A stretch of DNA of 64,000 nt, taken from the NCBI GenBank assembly GCA_016184005.1, contig JACPDL010000004.1, positions 14,107-78,106 of the forward strand, written 5' to 3'. The notes under the pieces were generated by a model that was not told the DNA's origin, made no database searches, and saw only the letters and a program-made list of their open reading frames with translations. This document shows positions 9,760 to 17,924 of the stretch, in pieces (position 1 is the first letter of the stretch; each line of letters begins with the position of its first letter). This DNA comes from Candidatus Aenigmatarchaeota archaeon (GTDB lineage Archaea > Aenigmatarchaeota > Aenigmatarchaeia > GW2011-AR5). The translations under genes were made by a program, and so were the position numbers.

Positions 9760-10542
9760 TTACGTAAGCCTTACAAGGCCCCCTGTTTTTCTTGCACGAT
9801 GAAAAACAATCTTGTAAGCCAGAAGCGAGAAGACAGCATAAGCAACAGTTATCAAAAATCCTTCTGTCAAAACGGCTGAATTCGTGGTTCCTGCTGAAAC
9901 CAAAGCCCTAGTCGCTTCGAAGATGTTTGTGAAAGGCATAAGTTTTGATACAACTTGAACTGGTTCCGGGAATATGGAAACAGGGTAGAACGGTGCGGAA
10001 AGCAATATGAATGCCTGGAGTGCAGACCATGCAAGAAAGCTGTATTCTCTGCCTGCTGCAATAATCATGGCGGCAAGTAGTATTGCCAATGTCAACGAAG
10101 CAAACAACGTCAAGGCCGATAAAATTAGTATATCTGATGCGTTAGTCGCTATCAATGAGAGGCCAAACACATAGTAAGATATTCCAAGCATCAGCAGCAT
10201 TATTCCAATGGATATGATTATTGCAAATATCATGCGCGCTGTGAGATACTCAAACTCGGTTATGCCTGTAATGAGTATTTGTTTTAAGCTGCCAGACCAA
10301 GTGTCGTCATTCATTTGCATGTTTACACTGCTTTGCGCAAGATAGGCAAAGTTCCAGAATATGTTGACAACTAGAACAACAAGTCCGGCTTCTACGGCCT
10401 TATCCCGGACAAAAACAGAAAACAAGCCCCATATAATTATTGTAGTTAGCGGAAAGTAAATGAATTCTGCAATCTTCCATCTAGAATTCTTGAATACAAG
10501 CATGTCGTAATAGACTAACGCAGCTATTTTGTACAGTTTCAT
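9760..10542 (-). CDS. ABC-2 type transporter permease
   Basis: 260 aa with six predicted TM helices; overlaps the start of the upstream ABC ATPase gene by 4 nt. Confidence 0.6.
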   Translation of the reverse strand: MKLYKIAALVYYDMLVFKNSRWKIAEFIYFPLTTIIIWGLFSVFVRDKAVEAGLVVLVVNIFWNFAYLAQSSVNMQMNDDTWSGSLKQILITGITEFEYLTARMIFAIIISIGIMLLMLGISYYVFGLSLIATNASDILILSALTLFASLTLAILLAAMIIAAGREYSFLAWSALQAFILLSAPFYPVSIFPEPVQVVSKLMPFTNIFEATRALVSAGTTNSAVLTEGFLITVAYAVFSLLAYKIVFHRARKTGGLVRLT

Positions 10543-11459
10543 TTCTTGCCACCAAGTATTTTTACGAAATAGTCCTCGAGTGTTGGTTTCCTGCTCTCAA
10601 TTTCGGTTATTTCTATGCCTTTTTCAGCAAGCATTGAGAGTGTTTCGCTTATGTTCTCATCAGCAGGCAGTTCTTTTTTCAAAATATTTCCTTTTATGAC
10701 AAAACCTCTTTTCCTTAGAAACTCCTTGTTCTTCACGCTTCTGACTTTAATTATCAGGTCGTATGTGGCGAATTTTCTTAGCTTAACGGATTCAACAGTT
10801 CCAATATCAACTATTCTGCCTTTGTTAATGAAAGCTATCCTGTCACATAGCTGTTCCAATTCATGCATGTAATGGCTTGTCAGTATGATAGTGGTGCCAA
10901 GCTCCTTGTTAATTCTCTTTATCTCATTTCTAGCCTTGATTGCAATGTCAGGATCAAGACCTACTGTCGGCTCATCAAGAAGCAGAAGTTCAGGACTATT
11001 CAATAGTGCTTTAGCCATTATGAGCCGCATTCTTTCGCCTGTAGAGATATTGCTAAACTTGCTTTCCATAATGCGCTCTATCTCAAAGAATTTTGCCAGC
11101 TTTTTTGTTTCTGTTATTCTCTTGTTCTTTGGGATGCCATATAATCGTCCGTGAAACTCAAATATGTCTTTTACTTTCAATGCCCAATGAAATCTTGTTT
11201 CTCCTGAAACAAAATTCATCTTTTCAAATAAATCGTTGTTTTTTAGTGGATTCTTTCCAAAGATTTTTACATTTCCAGAGTCTGGGAATAAGATACCGAT
11301 TAATATATTGAGCAGTGTAGATTTTCCAGCTCCGTTCGGTCCAAGAATGCCGAATATCTCACCTTCTTCTATGTCAAATGAAATGTCTTTCAAGGCGAAG
11401 AAATCTTTACCCTGGTATTTGAACTTTTTAGATACATTCTCAACTTCAACAACAGGCAT
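10539..11459 (-). CDS. ABC transporter ATP-binding protein
   Basis: Walker A GPNGAGKST, signature LSTGERMRLIMAKAL and Walker B LLLLDEP. Confidence 0.85.
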   Translation of the reverse strand: MPVVEVENVSKKFKYQGKDFFALKDISFDIEEGEIFGILGPNGAGKSTLLNILIGILFPDSGNVKIFGKNPLKNNDLFEKMNFVSGETRFHWALKVKDIFEFHGRLYGIPKNKRITETKKLAKFFEIERIMESKFSNISTGERMRLIMAKALLNSPELLLLDEPTVGLDPDIAIKARNEIKRINKELGTTIILTSHYMHELEQLCDRIAFINKGRIVDIGTVESVKLRKFATYDLIIKVRSVKNKEFLRKRGFVIKGNILKKELPADENISETLSMLAEKGIEITEIESRKPTLEDYFVKILGGKK

Positions 11460-11508
11460 GGAACACCGAACTCCGAAGATGTTATAAGAATTTGTCCTGC
11501 AGAAAGAA

Positions 11509-12033
11509 TTACTTCAGGCCCTCTATGGATATCCTTGTAGGCGTCGGCAGTTTGTAGCCTGCTTTTTTTAATGCAGTCTGTGCTACGCCTATTCCAGCTT
11601 TGTTGACCCGCACTTCCATTATTTTCTGCCCTTTTCTGACTCGTGCTGCAGTGCCAATAGGCTTGCCGAAGGACATGCGCATGCCCTGCTGGAATCTGTC
11701 GGCGCCCGCGCCGGTTGCCAGTGCATTTTCTCGAAGCACGTGATGAGGATACACGCGGATCTTCAGGAAAAATGCGGCGCCTTTGCCTATGTTCTTCTCA
11801 AGCGCCTGGACAGCTGTAATCCTGCTTGATTCCAAAGCATTGTGCCTGATTTGCACATCCCTTTCAGAAACAAGGAAAAGGGCATTATCATAATCGCCTT
11901 TCGTGCCCAGTTCAAATTCAGTGATCTTTGGCTTTGGCACTCCTTTCACGTAGCCTTTTCTGGGTGTTTTTCTAGATTGCCTCGTGTAGGGCCTTTCAAG
12001 CCTTCTATAACATCTTCCAGGACGTAGTGCCAT
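11509..12033 (-). CDS. rpl10e: ribosomal protein L10e (L16 family)
   Basis: MALRPGRCYRRLERPYTRQSRKTPRKGYVKGVP matches the L10e N-terminus. Confidence 0.85.
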   Translation of the reverse strand: MALRPGRCYRRLERPYTRQSRKTPRKGYVKGVPKPKITEFELGTKGDYDNALFLVSERDVQIRHNALESSRITAVQALEKNIGKGAAFFLKIRVYPHHVLRENALATGAGADRFQQGMRMSFGKPIGTAARVRKGQKIMEVRVNKAGIGVAQTALKKAGYKLPTPTRISIEGLK

Positions 12034-12049
12034 ATTTATCGCCAGAATG

Positions 12050-12391
12050 TTAACTTCTTACAAATCCAAGTTTCTTAGCTTGCGTTTCATCTGCAATTGT
12101 ATCTAGCCTGTATCCCAAGAGGAGCAATGTAGCACCAAGTTGCGGTTGCGGGCATAAATGATCCAAACGGCTGTCGCCTGCAATAAGCACGCTTTTACCT
12201 CTCATGTCGCTGTCTTTCCAGGGCGCTGGAGGTGAATATCCGACTACTTCAAAGCCTTCATTGTAACCTGTGTCCCTGGTTCTTATCTTGGGGAAAGCCG
12301 CTAGTATTGCCTGTGCTGGTTGTGGCATCTCGCCTATCATTGTAAGCTTGTGAAAATATCTCATCCTGCTATCAACCATAATCTTCTGCAT
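12050..12391 (-). CDS. hypothetical protein
   Basis: 113-aa ORF between rpl10e and the antiporter gene; no recognisable motif. Confidence 0.35.
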   Translation of the reverse strand: MQKIMVDSRMRYFHKLTMIGEMPQPAQAILAAFPKIRTRDTGYNEGFEVVGYSPPAPWKDSDMRGKSVLIAGDSRLDHLCPQPQLGATLLLLGYRLDTIADETQAKKLGFVRS

Positions 12392-12406
12392 ATAATATTT
12401 ATAAGC

Positions 12407-13534
12407 TTATTTTCCGAAAAAGCGCAGGAGAAAGGGAGAAAGAGCCACGCTAACAATAGTAAAAATAATTAGAGTAGAATAGGCGCCTGTGCTTATTATT
12501 GCGGCAGCCAGGGCAATTTGTGCTATGATTATTGTAAATTCTCCCTTTGGAAGCATCGCCAGTATAATTATCTTTTTCTCCCTGTTCTTGAGATTGAAGA
12601 AGTTGCCAAGCAGGCCGTAAACTGCTACCTTGCCCGCAACAGCGGCGGCAATCATGATCACTATAAGCCATACGCTGACGGAACCTATATCCATCGACAG
12701 CGCAGAATAAGCAAAGAAAAGCGGAATGAAGAATCCGTGGCCTATAGTTTTTATTTTCGGCACGATTGTAGACTCTGTAATTTGGAAATTTCTCATCATT
12801 ATGCCGATCAAGAACGCCCCCGCAAGTCCCAGGAGGCCTGTCCTTTCGCTGATGAATGCCGCGATGAACAGGATGATCAAAGGAATAGAGATGTATATTT
12901 GCTCGTCTTTTGCAAAGCGGAACAAAGATAGGAGTTTTTTTGTCACTGCCGGGCCCACTGTAACGGCTGCCGCCAAGAACGCTACGAAAGCTGAAACCAG
13001 GAGGAGGATTGTGAATGTATCAGCCTTCCCGCTAAACAATAAAGACAGGCCGGAAATCACGATTATTGCAAGAAAGCTTTCGGCAAGCTCAGCAGAGATT
13101 ACAAACTTGTAGGCCCTGGTTTTGTACTCCCCGAGCACTGCTATTGCATTCATTGTAGCTGAAGGGCTTGTAGAGAGCAATGCGGCTCCTACTACGCTTG
13201 AAAGAAAAATATCGCCTGAACTGTAAAAAGCAAGCGTGAAGCCGGCCGCAAATGACGCCAGTGAAGAGAGAACGGCAAGAATGCTGCTTGAATACAGCTC
13301 ACTCTTTTCAGATTTCAGATTGAGCCCTATGAGAAAGAATACAAAAAGAATGCCCAAGCCTGCTATCTCCTGCAGTGTTGCAGCCGGAGCGACAAGATGC
13401 AGAACTGGCCCTGCTATGATGCCGCCAAATATTTCACCGGCCAGAGATGCCATTTTCAGCCTTTCAGCAATTTCTCCGAATATCTTGGCGCTGATTATGA
13501 GTATTGCCAGACTGAGAAGTATCTGCACGGCCAT
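12407..13534 (-). CDS. cation:proton antiporter (CPA2/Kef-type)
   Basis: 375 aa, about 11 TM helices, glycine-rich helices typical of the Na+/H+-exchanger family. Confidence 0.65.
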   Translation of the reverse strand: MAVQILLSLAILIISAKIFGEIAERLKMASLAGEIFGGIIAGPVLHLVAPAATLQEIAGLGILFVFFLIGLNLKSEKSELYSSSILAVLSSLASFAAGFTLAFYSSGDIFLSSVVGAALLSTSPSATMNAIAVLGEYKTRAYKFVISAELAESFLAIIVISGLSLLFSGKADTFTILLLVSAFVAFLAAAVTVGPAVTKKLLSLFRFAKDEQIYISIPLIILFIAAFISERTGLLGLAGAFLIGIMMRNFQITESTIVPKIKTIGHGFFIPLFFAYSALSMDIGSVSVWLIVIMIAAAVAGKVAVYGLLGNFFNLKNREKKIIILAMLPKGEFTIIIAQIALAAAIISTGAYSTLIIFTIVSVALSPFLLRFFGK

Positions 13535-13848
13535 ATTTCTAGATTGTTTCGGGAAAATAAATAAGCGCCGAGAGAGGGAATTTCAGGCCTTTCTTTTATT
13601 TCTTTTCGTTTCTTTCAGCTTCTTTCAGCTTCTATCCGTTTCTTTCCGCTGGCGCTTTCTTTCAAAGAAAGGGCCATTTGAACCCTCAAGCCCTTGCGGG
13701 CACCAGCTTTCCAGGCTTGCGCTTTATTGAAATCTTCAATAAATTGGCGCGATACCAGGTTACGCGTACGAGATAGTTTCATTATCTCGGCATCTGCTCG
13801 GCAATAAACTAAAATCTGATCTGATAAGAATTTAATCCAATTGAAGAA

Positions 13849-14016
13849 TTAGAACTTCTCTGCGTCCTCGATGAGCATGTCAGGTATGTCGCCATCAAGA
13901 ACATGATATTTAAGCCTGCATTTGTTGCAGATGATCGCGTTTTTTTTAGCTTCGTACTTTATTTTGCCCTTGCATTTCGGGCAAACGAGTATATCAAGAA
14001 AATCTTTCTTCAACAT
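13849..14016 (-). CDS. Trm112-like zinc-ribbon protein (start likely the MLKKDF Met of ORF 13849..14115)
   Basis: LDILVCPKCKGKIKYEAKKNAIICNKCRLKYHVLDGDIPDML matches Trm112/DUF343. Confidence 0.55.
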   Translation of the reverse strand: MLKKDFLDILVCPKCKGKIKYEAKKNAIICNKCRLKYHVLDGDIPDMLIEDAEKF

Positions 14017-14017
14017 A

Positions 14018-14563
14018 TCAATCTTGTTCCTTCCTGGCTTTCCATTTTGATTTGACAGCTTCAAGGAAATCTTCTGCAATAGGACTGTAGGCTGTATACA
14101 AAGGTCTTCTGCCAAAGCCTATCACAGCCACGTCAACATCTCCCCTGAAAAGTGCATAACCGCCGTGGTTAGACCTTTCCAGTCTATAGCCGTGGCGTGG
14201 AGCTTCTGCCGCCAGCATACTGAACCATCTGTATCCTTCCATGAACTTTTGGGCGCCACGAATCATCTTTCTTATCTTTGCGTCTGATAGCAGAACTGTT
14301 TTATCTTGCCGCCTTGCTTCCGCGGCTTTGAATGTTTCTTCAAACTCAGGGGTGCGGGCTGAATATTCAGGGCCTTTTCCATAACCAAAAGTTCCACCGC
14401 ATAGGCCATCTTTAATAACATAATAACTGCCATCTATGCTTCTTCTCACATCAGAGCCGCGAGGCAGGGAACTCTCCACTGCACGGAACCACCTGTTCAT
14501 GCCGTTGTAAGTTCTAGTGAACTCTCTCGCGCCCGCACCCAGGCCTCTTGCTAGATTTGCCAT
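14018..14563 (-). CDS. hypothetical protein, co-oriented between cbf5 and the Trm112-like gene
   Basis: 181-aa ORF with no confident family assignment. Confidence 0.4.
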   Translation of the reverse strand: MANLARGLGAGAREFTRTYNGMNRWFRAVESSLPRGSDVRRSIDGSYYVIKDGLCGGTFGYGKGPEYSARTPEFEETFKAAEARRQDKTVLLSDAKIRKMIRGAQKFMEGYRWFSMLAAEAPRHGYRLERSNHGGYALFRGDVDVAVIGFGRRPLYTAYSPIAEDFLEAVKSKWKARKEQD

Positions 14564-14598
14564 TAATGCACCTGCTGGACTCTTGTTAAAATATCTTT

Positions 14599-15579
14599 TT
14601 ATTCCTTCTTTAGCTTCGGATAAGCTCCTTTTTCGATTATTACCCTGTCGGTTTTTACTGCAAGAGCCTTTCTTTTTATCATCTCTTCTGCATTAAGTGC
14701 CGACTTCGCCAGTGCCACCAGCTCGCCTTTCAATGACATTATTGCTGTGAGCTCACCGGGCTTAATTCCTTTCTGGACAAAACATATGCCGCCTGTATAA
14801 AGAGGCGAACCGTTGGCTATGGAATGAACAGCAGAATCTTTTATTATCACTTTAGGCAGATGTTCAACTGCCGCTTCTACTGGCAATATATATTCGCGCA
14901 GCTTCTCGTCCCCGTTTTCTTTCCAGTCCATGTAAGCGTCTGAAAGATCCTGTATTTTTACAAGAAAACTTTCATTAAACCTGCCTGCACGTATCCTCCG
15001 CAGTTCGGTCATATTTGCGCCTCCTGTCTCCTTGCCAATCTGGTGGCATAAAGTCCGGACATATGTGCCTGCCTGAGCAGCAACCCTGAATGCAACATCT
15101 TTGTGGTCTTTGTCAAGTATCTCGAATGAATAAACATGCCTTGCCCGCTCTTTTCTTGCTACTGCGCTCCTTACAGGTGGTCTCTGTTTTATTTCTCCGA
15201 TGAATTTTTTGATATTCCTTTCAAGTGTGACATCATCAACATCTTTGTGAAGATGCATCACGCCTGCATACTCCTTATCCAATCCTTGCAGTGCTGGTAT
15301 GGCTTTGCACGCATTGTCAAGTGCTATCGGAAGGACGCCGCTCACAGCAGGATCTAAGGTCCCAGAGTGTCCTGCGCGGGGAAGCGCGAAAAGTTTCTTC
15401 ACTGTTGCAACAACGTCGTGGCTGGTAGGCCCCGGCCACTTGTCAAGAATAATCAGGCCGTTTCTTATCAGTTCTTCAACGCTCCTGGCGCCGGGATATT
15501 TGCCATACTCAAGGCGCGAAACGTCCTCAGACTTTACAAAGAACCCGTCTTTTTCCCGCATGATTAGAACTTGTCGCAA
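14599..15579 (-). CDS. cbf5: H/ACA RNP pseudouridine synthase Cbf5 (TruB family with PUA domain)
   Basis: HSGTLDPAVSGVLPIALDNACK catalytic motif plus a C-terminal PUA-like region. Confidence 0.85.
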   Translation of the reverse strand: MRQVLIMREKDGFFVKSEDVSRLEYGKYPGARSVEELIRNGLIILDKWPGPTSHDVVATVKKLFALPRAGHSGTLDPAVSGVLPIALDNACKAIPALQGLDKEYAGVMHLHKDVDDVTLERNIKKFIGEIKQRPPVRSAVARKERARHVYSFEILDKDHKDVAFRVAAQAGTYVRTLCHQIGKETGGANMTELRRIRAGRFNESFLVKIQDLSDAYMDWKENGDEKLREYILPVEAAVEHLPKVIIKDSAVHSIANGSPLYTGGICFVQKGIKPGELTAIMSLKGELVALAKSALNAEEMIKRKALAVKTDRVIIEKGAYPKLKKE

Positions 15580-15593
15580 AAGTACAAAAACAG

Positions 15594-16082
15594 CTATTTG
15601 CTGTGTCTTTTCTTGTACTCTTTTTTGATAAACTTGAGTGTAAAAGGAAGATACTTTTTCTGCAGTTTTTCAGGCATAGAGAAGAAATCGCTAATAACCC
15701 AGCCAGTACAATTCTTGCTATTACAATGACATTTCCATTTCTGCTTGGTGTAGGCACTAATACGATAATCTACAGTTATTTCCTGTCCAGATTTGATACT
15801 TTTCGATGCAAAATATGATCTGCCCTTTGGAATTGCATTGGGATCGCATGAGTGGTTGATAAAACGTTCAGGTACCCCCATAATTTCCCATTTATCCTTA
15901 TCTAGTTCATTTAGATGGATCTTATCGTCGCGGGATAGTTTTCTGGCAGTTTTTGTATGAAATATTTTTCCCTTTTTGCCTTTGACAATAAGTTCTTCTT
16001 TCTTGAAATCTTTAGCAGCGAATACTCCTTTGCCTTTCTTTCCGGCTTGTTTAACGCAAATTGATTTTATCATCATATCCAC
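15594..16082 (-). CDS. SET-domain protein (putative protein-lysine methyltransferase)
   Basis: ERFINHSCDPNA (the NHSCxPN SET motif), a following Tyr region, and a post-SET CHCNSKNCTG cluster. Confidence 0.7.
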   Translation of the reverse strand: MDMMIKSICVKQAGKKGKGVFAAKDFKKEELIVKGKKGKIFHTKTARKLSRDDKIHLNELDKDKWEIMGVPERFINHSCDPNAIPKGRSYFASKSIKSGQEITVDYRISAYTKQKWKCHCNSKNCTGWVISDFFSMPEKLQKKYLPFTLKFIKKEYKKRHSK

Positions 16083-16084
16083 TT

Positions 16085-16225
16085 TATGAGAGAAGGTTGA
16101 TACATGGCAGATCTAAGATCTGCCTGTACAGGTGGAACTTTGTTCCATCATGCAAGGATGAGATGAGTGGAATGAAGTACCAAAGGTACTTCTAGCTGCT
16201 CGTTCTCGACTTATAAGTAAATCTT
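16085..16225. repeat. structured repeat element A (GAGARGGTTGATAC ... AAGGATGA ... hairpin ... GGTTCTCGACTTAT)
   Basis: Shares 5' and 3' terminal motifs and an internal AAGGATGA box with the elements at 17140-17283 and 17285-17400; the variable internal hairpins differ by compensatory changes. Confidence 0.45.
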
Positions 16226-16837
16226 CATTAGCTTTCGTGTCGTCATCATTACGAAAAAGAAAGAAAGCAAGTACCATCCAAGCCACCTGAGTTCATTCCC
16301 TACAAACGGCGCTTGAAATGGGAGCAGGGCTGCGACCGGCGAGACCTTTACGGCATCACCAGCTACTGCTGCGTCAAAAACATTTTTTCTTTCCTCTAGT
16401 CTGCAGGGCATTTCGCATGTTTTGCCTTCAAACGATACGGAGTTCCCCTCAACTGCAATTGAACCGCCGTTGAATAAAACTTCCCCTTTCCCGTCTGTAA
16501 GTTCTATTATCTTTTCCCCGTAAACGGCCCCTATCCATGGAACCGAGACAAGCGTTATTATCATGGATATAATCATTGGCTTGAAAGACATCCTCATTAT
16601 TTTTCCCTGTTCCTTCATGACTTCTTTGAACAGCACATCAACTTCAGTTTTGTTCTGCGATTTCTGCTGTTCTTTCATCTTCGCATTAAGTTCCTTGATC
16701 CTTTCCCTGGAAGCTTTTGCGTCCTGCTGCTTTACCAGCAGCTTGTAGAAGATGTTTACTACAACTGCCGTGAGTATTGAGAACAAGATTATATCAGCGG
16801 TTATTGAAAAAAATACCATATTTTCACTCCTTGACAA
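16211..16837 (-). CDS. DUF106/EMC3-like (YidC/Oxa1-related) membrane protein
   Basis: 208 aa: TM helix, K/E coiled-coil (KELNAKMKEQQKS), then a TM hairpin, the architecture of archaeal DUF106. Confidence 0.45.
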   Translation of the reverse strand: MSRSENMVFFSITADIILFSILTAVVVNIFYKLLVKQQDAKASRERIKELNAKMKEQQKSQNKTEVDVLFKEVMKEQGKIMRMSFKPMIISMIITLVSVPWIGAVYGEKIIELTDGKGEVLFNGGSIAVEGNSVSFEGKTCEMPCRLEERKNVFDAAVAGDAVKVSPVAALLPFQAPFVGNELRWLGWYLLSFFFVMMTTRKLMKIYL

Positions 16838-17108
16838 ATTCCAGTTTTTTAACCCTGAAACCTTCTCCTATTGAATGCTTCTTCTTGCATTCTGCGCACG
16901 TATAGCGCAGGTCCAGCTTCCTTGTAGGCTTTTCCCTTCCTTTTGGATTTTCTTTCGGGAAAGAACCGTAACCTGCAAGCTTTCTCAAGAATCTTCTCTG
17001 GCTTTTTGTATTCTGCCTTCTAGGCCGTCTTTTCGCCTCATCTGCCGTATGCTCGGTGTGTTTCTTGCAGAACGGGCAGTATCTTTTCTGTTTTTTTGGC
17101 ATTTTCAT
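16824..17108 (-). CDS. rpl44e: ribosomal protein L44e
   Basis: MKMPKKQKRYCPFCKKHTEHT...YTCAECKKKH has the L44e zinc ribbon. Confidence 0.8.
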   Translation of the reverse strand: MKMPKKQKRYCPFCKKHTEHTADEAKRRPRRQNTKSQRRFLRKLAGYGSFPKENPKGREKPTRKLDLRYTCAECKKKHSIGEGFRVKKLEFVKE

Positions 17109-17139
17109 GTTGCATCAAACTTTTTTCCGTTTAATATCT

Positions 17140-17283
17140 TTAATTAGGAGAGGAGGTTGATACGTGCAGAAAGCTTCGCTTTCTGACGTGCCAGAGAAGC
17201 TATGCTTCTCTGAGCAAGGATGACGGATGGAATGAAGCACCTCTGGTGCTTCTAGCCACTTGGTTCTCGACTTATTAATATTT
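17140..17283. repeat. structured repeat element B (same family as 16085-16225)
   Basis: AGGAGAGGAGGTTGATAC...AAGGATGACGGATGG...GGTTCTCGACTTAT; the inner hairpin is GAAGCACC/GGTGCTTC where element A has GAAGTACC/GGTACTTC. Confidence 0.45.
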
Positions 17284-17284
17284 T

Positions 17285-17400
17285 ATTTAGGAGAGGAGTT
17301 TGATCTTCAGAAAGCAAAGCTTTCTGAGATGCCAAAGACATTTACGATGTCTTTGAGCATAAGGATGAGAACCTAGGTTCTCGACTTATTCTTCAACTGT
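17285..17400. repeat. structured repeat element C (same family, shorter)
   Basis: AGGAGAGGAGTTTGATC...AAGGATGAGAACCTAGGTTCTCGACTTAT. Confidence 0.45.
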
Positions 17401-17892
17401 TTCGATTACGCCTTCCTTGAGCAACAAATCATTTAAAGGCTTGGGTAAAAAATCAGTAGAAATTATCTCGTTTTCTTTTAGTTCATAGGTTTTCATGTCG
17501 GGTCCCACGAAAGCCGGCAAGGCTTTCATCACCTTGTACGCCAGCTTTTTGTCCTTTTGGATCTCTGAAAAGAAATTTTCCCGGAAATTCTTTATGCGGC
17601 CTGTCAGGAAATAAAACAGGTCTTGTTCTTCTTTGGTCAGGTTTTCAGGCTGCAGGCCGGTTCTCACGGTATAAAGGGCCCCTTCAAGCAGTTTTTTCTC
17701 CCTCGACTCGAAGAATCTCCGTATTATATTTCTGACATTTTCAAGCTCATGCACATCCGCAGATGATTTTAGCTGTTCTTTTTTCTTTAGATAGTCCCTG
17801 AGATCCGAAAGAAAGTTTTCAGGCAATTTTTGCGGCTTTTTTGATTCCTTCTCGGCTCTTTCGATGTCACGAATCTTGTCAAATGTGAGCAT
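17386..17892 (-). CDS. hypothetical protein, possible GINS-like replication factor (directly downstream of the primase gene)
   Basis: 168-aa helical protein; the call rests on its position after the primase and its size only. Confidence 0.25.
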   Translation of the reverse strand: MLTFDKIRDIERAEKESKKPQKLPENFLSDLRDYLKKKEQLKSSADVHELENVRNIIRRFFESREKKLLEGALYTVRTGLQPENLTKEEQDLFYFLTGRIKNFRENFFSEIQKDKKLAYKVMKALPAFVGPDMKTYELKENEIISTDFLPKPLNDLLLKEGVIETVEE

Positions 17893-17924
17893 AAGGACTG
17901 TATAATTGGAAAGTATTAAAGCCG

